From IMG/VR virus record IMGVR_UViG_3300018954_000002, positions 1 to 63,693 of that record: a stretch of DNA of 63,693 nucleotides; one strand, 5' to 3'. The DNA is from a virus. The notes under the pieces were generated by a model. It saw only the letters and a list, made by a program, of their open reading frames with translations, was not told the DNA's origin and searched no databases. The translations under genes were made by a program, and so were the position numbers. This document shows positions 23,566 through 33,405 of this stretch, in pieces; the first letter of the stretch is position 1; each line of letters opens with the position of its first letter.

Positions 23566-24063
23566 GTGCCTATCTCTGATCCCTCGTCCGTGATTACGGA
23601 CGATCTGCTGAACACCTTCCGCGACGCCTGGATGAACTCCATTCAGTCCGACCCGCGTACCGACGACCCGGAGCGAGTCGCCGACCGGGCCGGGCTGGAA
23701 GCGGTAGCCGCCGAGATGGCGGGACCGTGGAGGACCGCGCAGGCGATCGACAGCGAGGTCATCGTCGAGGCGACGCGGCTGCTGAACTACGCACTCCACC
23801 TGCGGATGCACGGTGAGCGAGCGCCCGGCGGGAACGAGACGTGGGCCCAGTTTGACCGCGAGTGCGAGCACTTCCTGAGGGCTATCCGTCCGAATTCTGC
23901 GCCCGCGTGTGGCTACCGGCCCGCCCACCTGGCGCACGAGTTCGTGAATGTCGCCAACGACGAGCGCGACTTCGACGAGGAGGCGTGGTGCTACGGCGTG
24001 CCCGAGCCGGCCGCCGCCGTTACCGCGCCCGACGTGACTGAGGGCGGTGCGGGCCGTGGCTGA
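23566..24063 (+). CDS. Hypothetical protein (165 aa)
   Basis: Protein-like ORF. Confidence 0.6.
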   Translation: MPISDPSSVITDDLLNTFRDAWMNSIQSDPRTDDPERVADRAGLEAVAAEMAGPWRTAQAIDSEVIVEATRLLNYALHLRMHGERAPGGNETWAQFDRECEHFLRAIRPNSAPACGYRPAHLAHEFVNVANDERDFDEEAWCYGVPEPAAAVTAPDVTEGGAGRG

Positions 24064-24487
24064 CCTGCCCCCGACTCAGTACCTCGTGATGGAGGTGCTC
24101 GCTGCCCGTGCTCGGACCGGCGAGTCGCTGTGGACCTTCCCGTCCAACCTGGCGGTGCCGCTGCGCGCTCTCGAGGAGCGCGGCCTGATCTCGGTGATGC
24201 ACGGCATCGTCCAGAACACGGTTCGGGCCAGGCTCACCGACGCCGGCCGCGCCGAGTGCCTCAAGGGTGACTACGTGACCCCCCTCGCCCGGAAGGCGCT
24301 CGAAGCGGTCGAGGAGGGCATGCGCGCCGCGTCGTCGCTTCTCGCCGCGGCCGGGACCCCGCAGGCGGCCGATCAAGCCCTAGGTGTTGCGTACGCCATC
24401 CCGAAGGTCAAGGCGTACGTGCGCGGCGCCTTCCTGTTCGGTACGGATAGCGCGCCAAGCCTCTCGTCGGAGGTGGACCGTGGCTGA
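24047..24487 (+). CDS. Winged-helix (MarR-like) protein
   Basis: PTQYLVMEVLAARARTGESLWTF...LRALEERGLISV...RLTDAGRAE. The start could be either GTG, at 24047 or 24056. Confidence 0.5.
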   Translation: MRAVADLPPTQYLVMEVLAARARTGESLWTFPSNLAVPLRALEERGLISVMHGIVQNTVRARLTDAGRAECLKGDYVTPLARKALEAVEEGMRAASSLLAAAGTPQAADQALGVAYAIPKVKAYVRGAFLFGTDSAPSLSSEVDRG

Positions 24488-24719
24488 ACTGGTGCTCTAC
24501 GAGCTTGGCCGGACCCGCATCGCCAGCCCGGACGGCTGCGCTGTGTGTGGCCACCCCGAGCGCGGCCACCACCGGTGGTATGTCGAGCCGCACATCCAGC
24601 CGGGCGTACCGGTCACCTACGTGCGGCCGAACGACGCTACCCGCCTGGCCCGGATGAAGCTACGCCGTGCTGAGCGGAAAGACGCGGCGAGCGATACCGG
24701 TTCAAAAACGACCCCTTGA
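24480..24719 (+). CDS. Hypothetical protein (79 aa)
   Basis: The GTG overlaps the end of the previous gene. CAVCGHPERGHH motif. Confidence 0.5.
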   Translation: MAELVLYELGRTRIASPDGCAVCGHPERGHHRWYVEPHIQPGVPVTYVRPNDATRLARMKLRRAERKDAASDTGSKTTP

Positions 24720-24769
24720 CCGACCCGCACATCCTGAAAGCATCCCGCTCCCGAAAGGAACCCCACCCC

Positions 24770-25093
24770 ATGACCCGCATCTACCGCCGCAGCATCGCCG
24801 CTGGTATCGCCGTGGCCCTACTCCTCGCCGGACTCACCGGCTGCGCCAAACGCAGCATCGACCCCCGCAGCACCGGATCCGTCGAGGTCGAGGGCACCGA
24901 CGGGTCCCTGATGAAGTTCTGCGACGGAACCATCCTGATCTACTGGACGCCCGGCCGGAACAGCGGCGAAGAGGACGACTACGAGTTCATCGTCTACGAC
25001 GGCTGCACGCCGGACGGCCGGATCGTCAACGGCGACAACGCCGAGACCCGCCCGCCCACCGAGGATCTGAACCCGGAATCCGAGGACGACTAA
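24770..25093 (+). CDS. Lipoprotein (107 aa)
   Basis: GAAAGGAA RBS. Signal peptide and lipobox: MTRIYRRSIAAGIAVALLLAGLTGC. Confidence 0.7.
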   Translation: MTRIYRRSIAAGIAVALLLAGLTGCAKRSIDPRSTGSVEVEGTDGSLMKFCDGTILIYWTPGRNSGEEDDYEFIVYDGCTPDGRIVNGDNAETRPPTEDLNPESEDD

Positions 25094-25104
25094 CCAGGCA
25101 CGGA

Positions 25105-25143
25105 GCAGCCCCGCACCTCTGGCCGGAGGAGATGCGGGGCTGC
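25105..25143. terminator. Bidirectional hairpin between convergent blocks
   Basis: GCAGCCCCGCA ... TGCGGGGCTGC outer stem, with an inner CCTC/GAGG pairing. Confidence 0.65.
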
Positions 25144-25153
25144 CGTCTGTGCG

Positions 25154-25396
25154 CTACCGCGCGCCAGTGATGACCCGGTCGCCGGTCCCGCGCTTCGCCG
25201 CCCACGCGGTGATGACGCCGGAAAGCTGTCCGACCAGCACGGCCGCGGCCGTCGAGGCGAACGTCGGGAGGGTGCTGAAATCGATCGTGCCGAGCCACTC
25301 GACAACGCTGAGGGCTGCCGTGGTGACGACCGTACTGACTGCGAATCCGAGCTTGCTGTCGCGATAGAGCTTCTTGGCTCCGTCTCCGATGGACAT
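25154..25396 (-). CDS. Small membrane protein, holin-like (80 aa)
   Basis: GAAAGGA RBS. Two hydrophobic helices. Confidence 0.5.
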   Translation of the reverse strand: MSIGDGAKKLYRDSKLGFAVSTVVTTAALSVVEWLGTIDFSTLPTFASTAAAVLVGQLSGVITAWAAKRGTGDRVITGAR

Positions 25397-25413
25397 GGTG
25401 TGGGTCCTTTCGA

Positions 25414-25950
25414 TCAGGTGGAAAGCGTTCCTCGCCTGCGACCGCGGGTTACGATCGCCTCGGACAAGCTGTGGTACGCGAGCGGGATCAACAACAACGC
25501 CATGAACACCGCGTGCGGCAGGGCGTACACCGTCAGCGCGAACACCCGTGGCGCCGTCGACCACCACCCCGCGCGGCGGTACGACGAGAATGCGGCCCCC
25601 CACCGGACGCCGAGCCACATCAACCACGCCCGGACCGGCGGCGTGTCGAGCTCCTCCAGCGCCTGACGGAACAGCTCGTCGCACTCGACCGACGACATCC
25701 GGCCGTGCTTCACGAGCTTTTCAAGCGCGTCGTCGTGCCAGATGGCGCCGGGCACCCACCGGCCGAACCGGGCGATCAGCCACACGGCGACGCGCGGGAC
25801 CGAGGCGAGGTCGGTAACCGTGCCAGCGGGCACGGTCCACTCGCCGTAGGTGATCGGCTCCAGGGTCACCCACCGCTGGTCGTCGATCAGCCGCACCACG
25901 ACTTCGGTGCCGACGGGGAACCGGCGCCTACGCGGGACTCGCACCGGCAC
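25414..25950 (-). CDS. DUF1353-like protein with a C-terminal TM region
   Basis: VTDLASVPR ... AIWHDDAL pattern. The start may be the second GTG, at 25944. Confidence 0.55.
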   Translation of the reverse strand: MPVRVPRRRRFPVGTEVVVRLIDDQRWVTLEPITYGEWTVPAGTVTDLASVPRVAVWLIARFGRWVPGAIWHDDALEKLVKHGRMSSVECDELFRQALEELDTPPVRAWLMWLGVRWGAAFSSYRRAGWWSTAPRVFALTVYALPHAVFMALLLIPLAYHSLSEAIVTRGRRRGTLST

Positions 25951-25987
25951 CTCCGTTGATGTTCATGCTGGTCATCATCCCACGTCT

Positions 25988-26413
25988 CTACGCTTTCGCC
26001 GCGTCCTGCGCGCGGACCTCGGCCGCCGCCGCCGCCCACAGCGCGGGGAACCGGTTGCGGATGGCCTGGATCGGCACGCCGTCCTTGCGGAACCGCTCGT
26101 CGGCCGCCGCCCACACCTGCCGCCGGGCCGCGTCTTTCCACCCGCCGGGGCCGGGTAGCGCGTTGATGACGTCTTCGTTCGGCCCGGCAAGCGGGGCGAT
26201 CACCCACTCCAGCCCGCCGCCCTCGCGCGGCCGGCGGTACCCCGGGAAGTCGATGCCCCACGCGCGCACCACGTCGGGGCCCGCCGGGATGGAGGTCATC
26301 TGCGCTTCGGTGAGGCCAATGTTCATGCCGTGGTACGCCAGCAGGGAGTCGGGCGCCTGCCCGGCCAGGGCCACGAAGTACAGCGTCGTCGGGGTGCCGA
26401 GGTCAACCGGCAT
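25988..26413 (-). CDS. Hypothetical protein (141 aa)
   Basis: Protein-like ORF. Confidence 0.6.
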   Translation of the reverse strand: MPVDLGTPTTLYFVALAGQAPDSLLAYHGMNIGLTEAQMTSIPAGPDVVRAWGIDFPGYRRPREGGGLEWVIAPLAGPNEDVINALPGPGGWKDAARRQVWAAADERFRKDGVPIQAIRNRFPALWAAAAAEVRAQDAAKA

Positions 26414-26446
26414 GAGCGTCCTCCTGTGGCTACGGTGTCGAATCCG

Positions 26447-26569
26447 TCAGCGCGAGCGCCGCGCCGACTTACGCCCGGCTTTCACCTTGGCCCGATCTCG
26501 CTTCGGACGGCCCACCTTCGACTCGGGCACCGAGTACCCGCAGTACCCGAACAGCGACCCGTACGGCAT
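26447..26569 (-). CDS. Small basic protein (40 aa)
   Basis: Not in the ORF track. Perfect AAGGAGG RBS. MPYGSLFGYCGYSVPESKVGRPKRDRAKVKAGRKSARRSR. Confidence 0.5.
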   Translation of the reverse strand: MPYGSLFGYCGYSVPESKVGRPKRDRAKVKAGRKSARRSR

Positions 26570-26584
26570 AGCCGCCTCCTTTTG

Positions 26585-26655
26585 CTTGATGGCCACTTGC
26601 AGTAAAGCCCCAAATCGCGGCGTTTCCGCAGGTCAACCTACTTGATGGGCACTTG
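26585..26655. repeat. Two 15-nt direct repeats CTTGATGG(C/G)CACTTG in a lower-GC intergenic region
   Basis: Copies at 26585-26599 and 26641-26655. Confidence 0.7.
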
Positions 26656-26723
26656 TGCTTTCGTTGCTAGTACGTTTCGAGTAGACCGATCACGGATTCG
26701 TGGTGGCGGCCCTCCGCTGGCGC

Positions 26724-28373
26724 TCACCGGCGCCTCACGAACCCGCGGCGCTTCACCTTCGCCAGCATCCGCGCCACGCTCGGCGTGTACGAGTCCAGCT
26801 CCAGTGTCGCAGCGTTGTCCGCCGACGAGTACGACGTCGCGGCAATCTTGAACACCGTGATTCCGTCGCGGCCGTCGGAGTTCAGGGAGTCGGGGTACGA
26901 CTCGACCCCCTTGACCCGGATCAACTCGCCGGGCCGGATCTCCCACGGGTTCACCATGCGCCCCGAGCGGAAGTCCACGATCGGGCGGCGGATCGTCAGC
27001 CGGCCCGCGTTCACCGGGACCTTGTGCTCGGCGAGGAACTGGTCGCCGACCCGCTCGGCGTTGACCTGCGTGCTGGCCTCGTCGCCGAGATCGATGAAGG
27101 CCGTGCGATCAAATCCGGCATCGGTCAGCGCCTGGACCGTCTGCGTGCGCACCGGCACTCGGATCGTGCCTCGGTTGTGGTAGCGGACGGCCACCCGGTT
27201 GAACACGGTGTTGCCGGACGCCGGGGCGGCGAACCCGTCGAGGACGTCGGCCTCGTACCGCGGCACGACCGGCCATGCCACCCACTCGAACCGGAACTTG
27301 CCATTGGCAGGGTTCGACTCCCACAGGTGGTAGGTGTACCCCTGCTCAAGCAGCATCATGTCGTCCAGGATCTTCGCCGGGGTCGCGCCGTCCGGGTACA
27401 CGAGGTGGTCGATCGCGAACGACGTGGCGTGGATCGTCGCGTTCGCACCGTCGATCGTCTGCTGCAGGACCCGGCCGAGCAGATCCCCGACCACGTTCGA
27501 GGCGTTGATGGTGTCGGCGGCGTACGCCCCGCCGGCCAGCCACTCCGTCCCGTTCGACTGGTACAGCACGGTCCGCACGACCAGGTTGGTGATCTGCACC
27601 CACCAGGTGTCCGCGTTGACCACCCCGGCCGCGCCGTTGTAGTGGAACCGCAGGATCGGCCTGTTCCTGCCGAGCGTCCAGTCGGCGTACGTCTTCGCGA
27701 TCGACCCGCCGGTGGTGGAGAAGGTCGCCGTCCACGGGACGTCGGCCGCACCCACGCCGGAGGTGGCCGCGTACAGCGACGCCACGAGCGACGTCGCGTT
27801 CTGCCCGGCCTTCCACGTGAACGACACTCGCGACAGCTTCATGCCCGAGGACGCGATCCCCCGGTGCGACGCCACCGACCGCGGCGAGTTCGCCCCGTCC
27901 ACGCTCGTGCCCTGCGGGATGCGCAGCACCAAGGCGGGAGTGTCCGAGCCGGCCACGGCGCCGGTGTCCTGGAGCTGGTCGACCTGCGCGGCGGGGGTGA
28001 CCACGTCGATCTGATCCCAGTTCGACGGGTCCGCGTCGACGTAGTAGAGCTGGCGGGTGTCGTCCTGTAGATGCGCCTGACCGCCGATCGCGGCGAGCTG
28101 GAACGACTCGCCGTCGTCGCCGGCCGAGCGGCCAGGGTCCTGCAGCCGGCCCTCGTAGACGGTCTCGCCGGTCTGCCCGTCGTAGACGTACAGCCGGCCG
28201 AACTGCCCCACCTCGCCGGGCATGAGGCGGATCGGCCGGTACAGCGACACCGTGCAGTCGGCGTACCCGCCGGGCGAGGTGCTGCCGAACGTGAAGTCGC
28301 TGATCTCGTTCGTGATGTGCCGGAACCCCCGCGCGGTGGACAGCGCGACCGACAGCGGGACCGAGACGCTCAC
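26724..28373 (-). CDS. Minor tail protein (549 aa)
   Basis: Large protein directly downstream of the tape measure and distal tail genes. Confidence 0.7.
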   Translation of the reverse strand: MSVSVPLSVALSTARGFRHITNEISDFTFGSTSPGGYADCTVSLYRPIRLMPGEVGQFGRLYVYDGQTGETVYEGRLQDPGRSAGDDGESFQLAAIGGQAHLQDDTRQLYYVDADPSNWDQIDVVTPAAQVDQLQDTGAVAGSDTPALVLRIPQGTSVDGANSPRSVASHRGIASSGMKLSRVSFTWKAGQNATSLVASLYAATSGVGAADVPWTATFSTTGGSIAKTYADWTLGRNRPILRFHYNGAAGVVNADTWWVQITNLVVRTVLYQSNGTEWLAGGAYAADTINASNVVGDLLGRVLQQTIDGANATIHATSFAIDHLVYPDGATPAKILDDMMLLEQGYTYHLWESNPANGKFRFEWVAWPVVPRYEADVLDGFAAPASGNTVFNRVAVRYHNRGTIRVPVRTQTVQALTDAGFDRTAFIDLGDEASTQVNAERVGDQFLAEHKVPVNAGRLTIRRPIVDFRSGRMVNPWEIRPGELIRVKGVESYPDSLNSDGRDGITVFKIAATSYSSADNAATLELDSYTPSVARMLAKVKRRGFVRRR

Positions 28374-29830
28374 GTCGTCGCCGGCCGCAGCGGGAATAGG
28401 TAGCGCGGGAAGTACGACGCGGTGAGCACGTTGGTCGCGGTGATCGAGTCACCGGTGCCGAGCGACGCCGTGCCGGTGCCGACGTCGCGGACGAAGAACA
28501 CCCGGTTGGTCCGGCCCGGCGTGATCATCAGTCCCGACCCGGCAATCTCGATGGCCTCGGTGGACGTCAACTGCCCGTTGGTGTTCAGGCAGTACACCGA
28601 CGGACTCGGCCCGCCCTGCGCCACGAACGTGTCCGACGAGAACGTCTGCGTCGTCGGCCATTTGATGTACTCGGTCCGATCGTCCGACGGCAGGAACAGC
28701 AGAAGGTCCGTGTCGAGCGTCCCGGACCCGGAGTGCCGCTGTGCCTGCAGCGACAGGAACACGCCTTCGGTGGCGAGTTCCGTGCCGGTCAGCCCGTCGA
28801 CCACCGGGTCGTAGTTGATCGGGATCTGCACCCGGCCGAGGTCGACGTACATGATGTTCCCCGCCGTGCCCGGAGCCACGATCCGCACCGCGTCGCCGAC
28901 GATCTGGATGTTCGTCGACCCGTACAGCAAGCGCAGGTCCCACACGTCGGCGGTGGTGTTCTGCCGGATGCGGGCGAACACCCGGTACGACCCGCGTGCG
29001 TCGACGCTGGCGGTGGACGGGAACCGGGTCGTCGTCGACAGGCGGGTGAGCATCGTCGTGGTGGTCGGGGTGGTCTTCACGAAGTTGGACCCGGAGCCGG
29101 AGAACGCCGCGTTGTTGGCCTGCACGACGGTCTCGGTGCCCATCGTCATCGACTCGGCCTGCAGCACGAGCGGGGTGTTGGCCACCGTGCCGCGGCGGCG
29201 CACCGACAGGGCGGACCGCAGCCGGCCGGTCGCGCCGAGCCCGTGCGTGCCGTTGGTGAAGCGGATCGTCAGGGGGGTCTCGACGTCGCCCTTCACGGTG
29301 GTGATGTCGAAATACATCCCGTTGGTGCCCGCGGCCGGGTTGTTCGTCACCGTGGCCGCCGAGAGGGTCTCGCGCAGGCCGTAGCCGAACGGCTCGCACG
29401 GGATCTCCAACGTCACCTTGCCCTGCATCGGCAGCCGCATCGACATGTCGTACACGGCGTCCGGGGCCGGGAAGGTGCGGAAGAACATCGGGTTGGTGGT
29501 GCCCATCTGCACGCGGATGATGTTGCCTGGCCCGCCGGGCTCGACCGACTCCCGCGACAGTTCCCGGGCCAGGGACTGCAAGAGTGTCGCCTGGAGGTCC
29601 GCGGTCGCCCGGGTCACGAACAGCGGGATCCGCAGCACCCGGTTCTCGAACGCCGACGCCGGCAGCGTCGCCCCGTCGCTCATCATCGACGACGCCCACG
29701 CCCGCCGCCGCTGCGGCGGGGACATCTCCGGCTGCTCGGTCAGGACGATCCCGTTGGTCAGCGAGTTGATGTCCAGGCGCACCGTCGGCGACGACGCGAT
29801 CGAGTCGACGAACTGCCACGTGTGCGGCAT
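28370..29830 (-). CDS. Minor tail protein (distal-tail-like, 486 aa)
   Basis: Immediately follows the tape measure gene, with a start-stop overlap. Confidence 0.7.
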   Translation of the reverse strand: MPHTWQFVDSIASSPTVRLDINSLTNGIVLTEQPEMSPPQRRRAWASSMMSDGATLPASAFENRVLRIPLFVTRATADLQATLLQSLARELSRESVEPGGPGNIIRVQMGTTNPMFFRTFPAPDAVYDMSMRLPMQGKVTLEIPCEPFGYGLRETLSAATVTNNPAAGTNGMYFDITTVKGDVETPLTIRFTNGTHGLGATGRLRSALSVRRRGTVANTPLVLQAESMTMGTETVVQANNAAFSGSGSNFVKTTPTTTTMLTRLSTTTRFPSTASVDARGSYRVFARIRQNTTADVWDLRLLYGSTNIQIVGDAVRIVAPGTAGNIMYVDLGRVQIPINYDPVVDGLTGTELATEGVFLSLQAQRHSGSGTLDTDLLLFLPSDDRTEYIKWPTTQTFSSDTFVAQGGPSPSVYCLNTNGQLTSTEAIEIAGSGLMITPGRTNRVFFVRDVGTGTASLGTGDSITATNVLTASYFPRYLFPLRPATT

Positions 29831-32511
29831 CAGGCTCCCCTCGACCAGAGATCGGCTTGCGCCCCGATCATGCTATCCGCGCGGGTGCCCGCTCGGTTGA
29901 CATGCCGGCCGACGACGTCACCGATGCGCGGGGCCAGCCGCGACAGCACGTCGAGCATCTGCTGCATCACCTCCAGCTGCTCGTCGGCTCGCGTCGACAT
30001 CGGCTCCGGCTTGCCGGTGTTGTTCGCGATCAGGTTCCATCCCTGCTGCAGCGTCGTCCGACCGGTGTCCGCCGTGCCGACCTTGCGGATCGGGACCACC
30101 TGACCGCCCTCGGCCATGGCGATGTGGATGTGGTTGCGGTGCGCGTTCATCAGGGACTGATTGAACGACCCCATGTTGCGGCCTCGGGTGTAGGCGTAGT
30201 CGCGGCGCCGCGTGCGGTGGATCAGTTCGAGCGGGCGCTTGCTGGCCAGGTAGGACGCGAGGGCGTCCATGTTGAAGCCCATCCAGTCGACCGCCCGGCC
30301 ACTGCCGTGCCACTTCGGGTCGCCCGGCCTGTACCCGTTGCCGAACGATCCCTGACGGGGGCCCGACTTGATGAGCCGCACCACCTGGCGCCAGATACCG
30401 GAGTCGCCGCGCTGCGCAGCCGGCGAGCTCGGCCAGTTGCCGAACACCGGCGCGACCCGGCGCAGAGCTTCCTCCTGCTGCATGACGTAGGCGTTGCGCA
30501 CGTTGACCGGGAACCGCATGTACCGCGACGTCTCCACGGGCGCGATGACCCGGCCGCCGTAGGCGTAGGGGGCCAGCGCTTCCCGGGGGACGCGCCGGTG
30601 CTGAATGGCTTCCATCGCCGCAGCGCCGTAGTAGTCCACCGAGGCGACGGGATGTACCCATTCGTTCGCGGTCAACCGCACCCGCGGGACGCCGTCCACG
30701 GAGGCGGTGATGTTGTCGGCCTTCGAATGCGGCGAGTGCCCCGGCACCCGGCCGCCGTCGGCGAGCAGCGACCGCATCGCCGCTGAACCCTCGTAGCGCA
30801 CCTGGTTGATCGTCTTGCCCTCGGCGAGCGCCCGCTGTGCGAGGTAGACCCGCTTCAACTCGATGATGATCTGGTTGACGCCGGACGCGATCAGGTCCGT
30901 CTCCTTGCGGCCGGGGATCCGCCCGTACGTCTTGATCAGGTCCCGGGTCTTGCGGTCGTTCAGGCCGAGCCGGTCGGCCTCCCGCTCGATCGCCTTGGTG
31001 CGCGCCTCGTGCTTCTTGCGGGCCGAGTCGGTGGACTGGCCCTGCGCGATGTTGGCGTAGTACATCTCGTTCGACGACTGCAGGAGCGCTTCGAGGCCGT
31101 CGCGGTTCGCCCGGCCGGCTTGGGTGTTGATGCTCAGGCTGCGGCCGTTGGTCTTCACCGACGCCGACAGCGAGTCCAGCGCCGCCTCGTACGCCTCGGT
31201 CGCCTCGGTCGCCGTGACCGCGCCGCCCGTCATGCTCGCCTGAGCCTTGCGCAGCCCGTCGATAAGCTGAGTCGTGTACGACGCGCGCGGGTTGAACGAG
31301 TCGAGCACGCTGCTGTAGTTCTGCTGCGCGGTGGTCAGCGCCTTCTGCTGCTTCGTCAGCGCCTCCTGCCGGACCTTCATCGTCTCGGCGTCGTCGCCGG
31401 CCTTGCGGATGCTCTCGCCCATGGCCAGGTTGGCGCTACCCGTGCGCCGTGCCGACTCGCCCGCGTCGTCGGACGCCGACGCCCAGTCGTGCAGCTTGAG
31501 GATCGAGTCGAGCACCATGTCGCCATTGATCCGCTCGCCGATCTCGTACAGCTCCGCGAACATGTTGACCAGGCGGAACGTGGTGTCGACGCCCATGTCG
31601 ATGACGCCGAACAGCTGCGTCAAGGCGCGGGCCGACGACTCGCCGTTGTCGGCCATCCCCTCCAGCCCGGTCGACAGCGACTCGCCCACCCGCGCGATCC
31701 CGGAACTGATCGCCTGCACCCCCGGCCCGGCGTTCGCGACCAGCTTCTCGACGGCGTCGCCCATGTCGTCGATCGCCGAGGTCACGCCGCGGGTCAGCAC
31801 CGGGACGTAGCGCGAGGAGTCCCGCAGGATCCGCTCCACGTCCACCCGGTCGATGGCCCGCTCGATCTCGGTGACGCCTTGCAGGGTCGGCTGCACGAAC
31901 ACGCCGCCGGCACGCAGAAGCCGGCCCTCGATCCGGTTCCCCATCCCCTCGATCGCCTCGGCGACCCGCTCGTCCTTGCGGGCCAGGGCGAACCCGCCCA
32001 CGACACCGCCGACGCCGACGCCGCCGACCACCCCGGCCGACAGCGCGGCGGACAGCAACGGCGCAGCGCTGAGCCCGGCGGCGGCCACCACCCCGAGCAG
32101 GGGCGCGGACACCGGCAGCCGGGCCATCAGGGGGCCGAGCCGGGCACCCATCGACGCCGCGAATCCGGTCGCCGCCGCGGGCCCGGCAGCCTCCCCGGAT
32201 CCCCGCAGTTTCTTCTCGAACCGGTCCACCTGCCGGATGGCGTCGTCGGCCTTGACGCGCAACTCCACCGTGTCGGCGTCGGCCGCCAGCGACCCGAGCC
32301 GCCGACGGGTCTCCTCGATGGCGGCGAGCGCCTGCACGGGGCTTACCTTCATGTCGATCGGGTCGAGCCGCAGCGACCGCAGCTGTTTGTTCAGGGCGCC
32401 GCCGAACTCCCGCCCGACCCGGGTCGCCTTGATCCGGACGTCGGGCCGCAGCTTCGAGTCGTCGGCGCGGATCTCGACGTACGCATCGGAGAGCTTCCTG
32501 CCTCGTGCCAC
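29830..32511 (-). CDS. Tape measure protein with an embedded LAS/M15-like peptidase motif
   Basis: 893 aa, coiled-coil and Gly-rich TM segments. HGSGRAVD ... HRNHIHIA near the C-terminus (about 30110-30330). Confidence 0.85.
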   Translation of the reverse strand: MARGRKLSDAYVEIRADDSKLRPDVRIKATRVGREFGGALNKQLRSLRLDPIDMKVSPVQALAAIEETRRRLGSLAADADTVELRVKADDAIRQVDRFEKKLRGSGEAAGPAAATGFAASMGARLGPLMARLPVSAPLLGVVAAAGLSAAPLLSAALSAGVVGGVGVGGVVGGFALARKDERVAEAIEGMGNRIEGRLLRAGGVFVQPTLQGVTEIERAIDRVDVERILRDSSRYVPVLTRGVTSAIDDMGDAVEKLVANAGPGVQAISSGIARVGESLSTGLEGMADNGESSARALTQLFGVIDMGVDTTFRLVNMFAELYEIGERINGDMVLDSILKLHDWASASDDAGESARRTGSANLAMGESIRKAGDDAETMKVRQEALTKQQKALTTAQQNYSSVLDSFNPRASYTTQLIDGLRKAQASMTGGAVTATEATEAYEAALDSLSASVKTNGRSLSINTQAGRANRDGLEALLQSSNEMYYANIAQGQSTDSARKKHEARTKAIEREADRLGLNDRKTRDLIKTYGRIPGRKETDLIASGVNQIIIELKRVYLAQRALAEGKTINQVRYEGSAAMRSLLADGGRVPGHSPHSKADNITASVDGVPRVRLTANEWVHPVASVDYYGAAAMEAIQHRRVPREALAPYAYGGRVIAPVETSRYMRFPVNVRNAYVMQQEEALRRVAPVFGNWPSSPAAQRGDSGIWRQVVRLIKSGPRQGSFGNGYRPGDPKWHGSGRAVDWMGFNMDALASYLASKRPLELIHRTRRRDYAYTRGRNMGSFNQSLMNAHRNHIHIAMAEGGQVVPIRKVGTADTGRTTLQQGWNLIANNTGKPEPMSTRADEQLEVMQQMLDVLSRLAPRIGDVVGRHVNRAGTRADSMIGAQADLWSRGA

Positions 32512-32521
32512 GCCTACCTCC

Positions 32522-33405
32522 TCACCGCAGCGCCCGGAGCTTGATGTCGCGCACCGTCATGGACTTCGGTTGCTCGCTTGCCGGTGGCGAGGCCAGGTCC
32601 GCGTTGAACGCGGCGACCTCCTGCTCCCACAGCGGCACCGGAACTTCCCCGCCCATCGCCGCCGCGACGCCGGCCGCGATCTGCAGCGCCTGCACCTCCC
32701 GGGCCAGATCCTCCAGCCGCAGGGTGTATGCGACCGCGAGGATCTCGGCCAGGGTCAGATGATCCCCGCCTCGTGCAGCTTCTCCCGGTCCCGGCGTTCG
32801 GCCTCGATCGCCTCCCGCTGGACCCGGATGCGCTCCTCGTGCTGCATCACGTAGAACTCCTGAATGTCCGGCCGTCCTCGCTCCAGGGCCAACGCCTGAT
32901 GGAGATCCGAGCCCGACAGCAGATCCGGCGAGGGCGAGCCGACCGCGGACGAGTCCGGAGTTCTCGGTGACCCATCGGGCGAGCCGGACCGCCGCCCAAT
33001 AGGAAAATCCGTCGTCGCCTCCACCACGGCGCCGGTCAGGGCGCGGATGTCCGCCCACAGATCCGACACCTGCTGACCGTTCTCCTTGGCCAGCCGCCAG
33101 TACGTGGCGAAGTCGTCCGGGTGGATGAGGTCGTGCAGCGCGGTCATGGTCGCCTTGAAGCCTGCGGTGACCGACCGGCTCGCCGCCGTGAGCAGTCGTG
33201 CCTGGTCCTCCGGTTTGAGCGCCTCCAGGTCCGACAGGTCGAGGTCGGCCAGTCCCTCGACGTCGACGTCGCGGCCCGCCTCCAGAAACTCGATCTCGAC
33301 CGCGTCGGTGGCGTGCGGGTTGACGCGGATCTTCGACCCGAAGTAGTCGAACTCCAGGTCGAGCGGCTCGCGCTTGCGACCGAGTGAGCCGATGCTGCGG
33401 CCCAT
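32522..33405 (-). CDS. Tail assembly chaperone frameshift product (G-T-like)
   Basis: A -1 shift is possible on the GGGG run at 32767-32764, just before the G-frame stop. The -1 frame then reads DHLTLAEILAVAYTL... Confidence 0.45.
32755..33405 (-). CDS. Tail assembly chaperone (G-like)
   Basis: Position between the major tail protein and the tape measure. An overlapping -1-frame ORF extends to 32522. Confidence 0.65.
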   Translation of the reverse strand: MGRSIGSLGRKREPLDLEFDYFGSKIRVNPHATDAVEIEFLEAGRDVDVEGLADLDLSDLEALKPEDQARLLTAASRSVTAGFKATMTALHDLIHPDDFATYWRLAKENGQQVSDLWADIRALTGAVVEATTDFPIGRRSGSPDGSPRTPDSSAVGSPSPDLLSGSDLHQALALERGRPDIQEFYVMQHEERIRVQREAIEAERRDREKLHEAGII

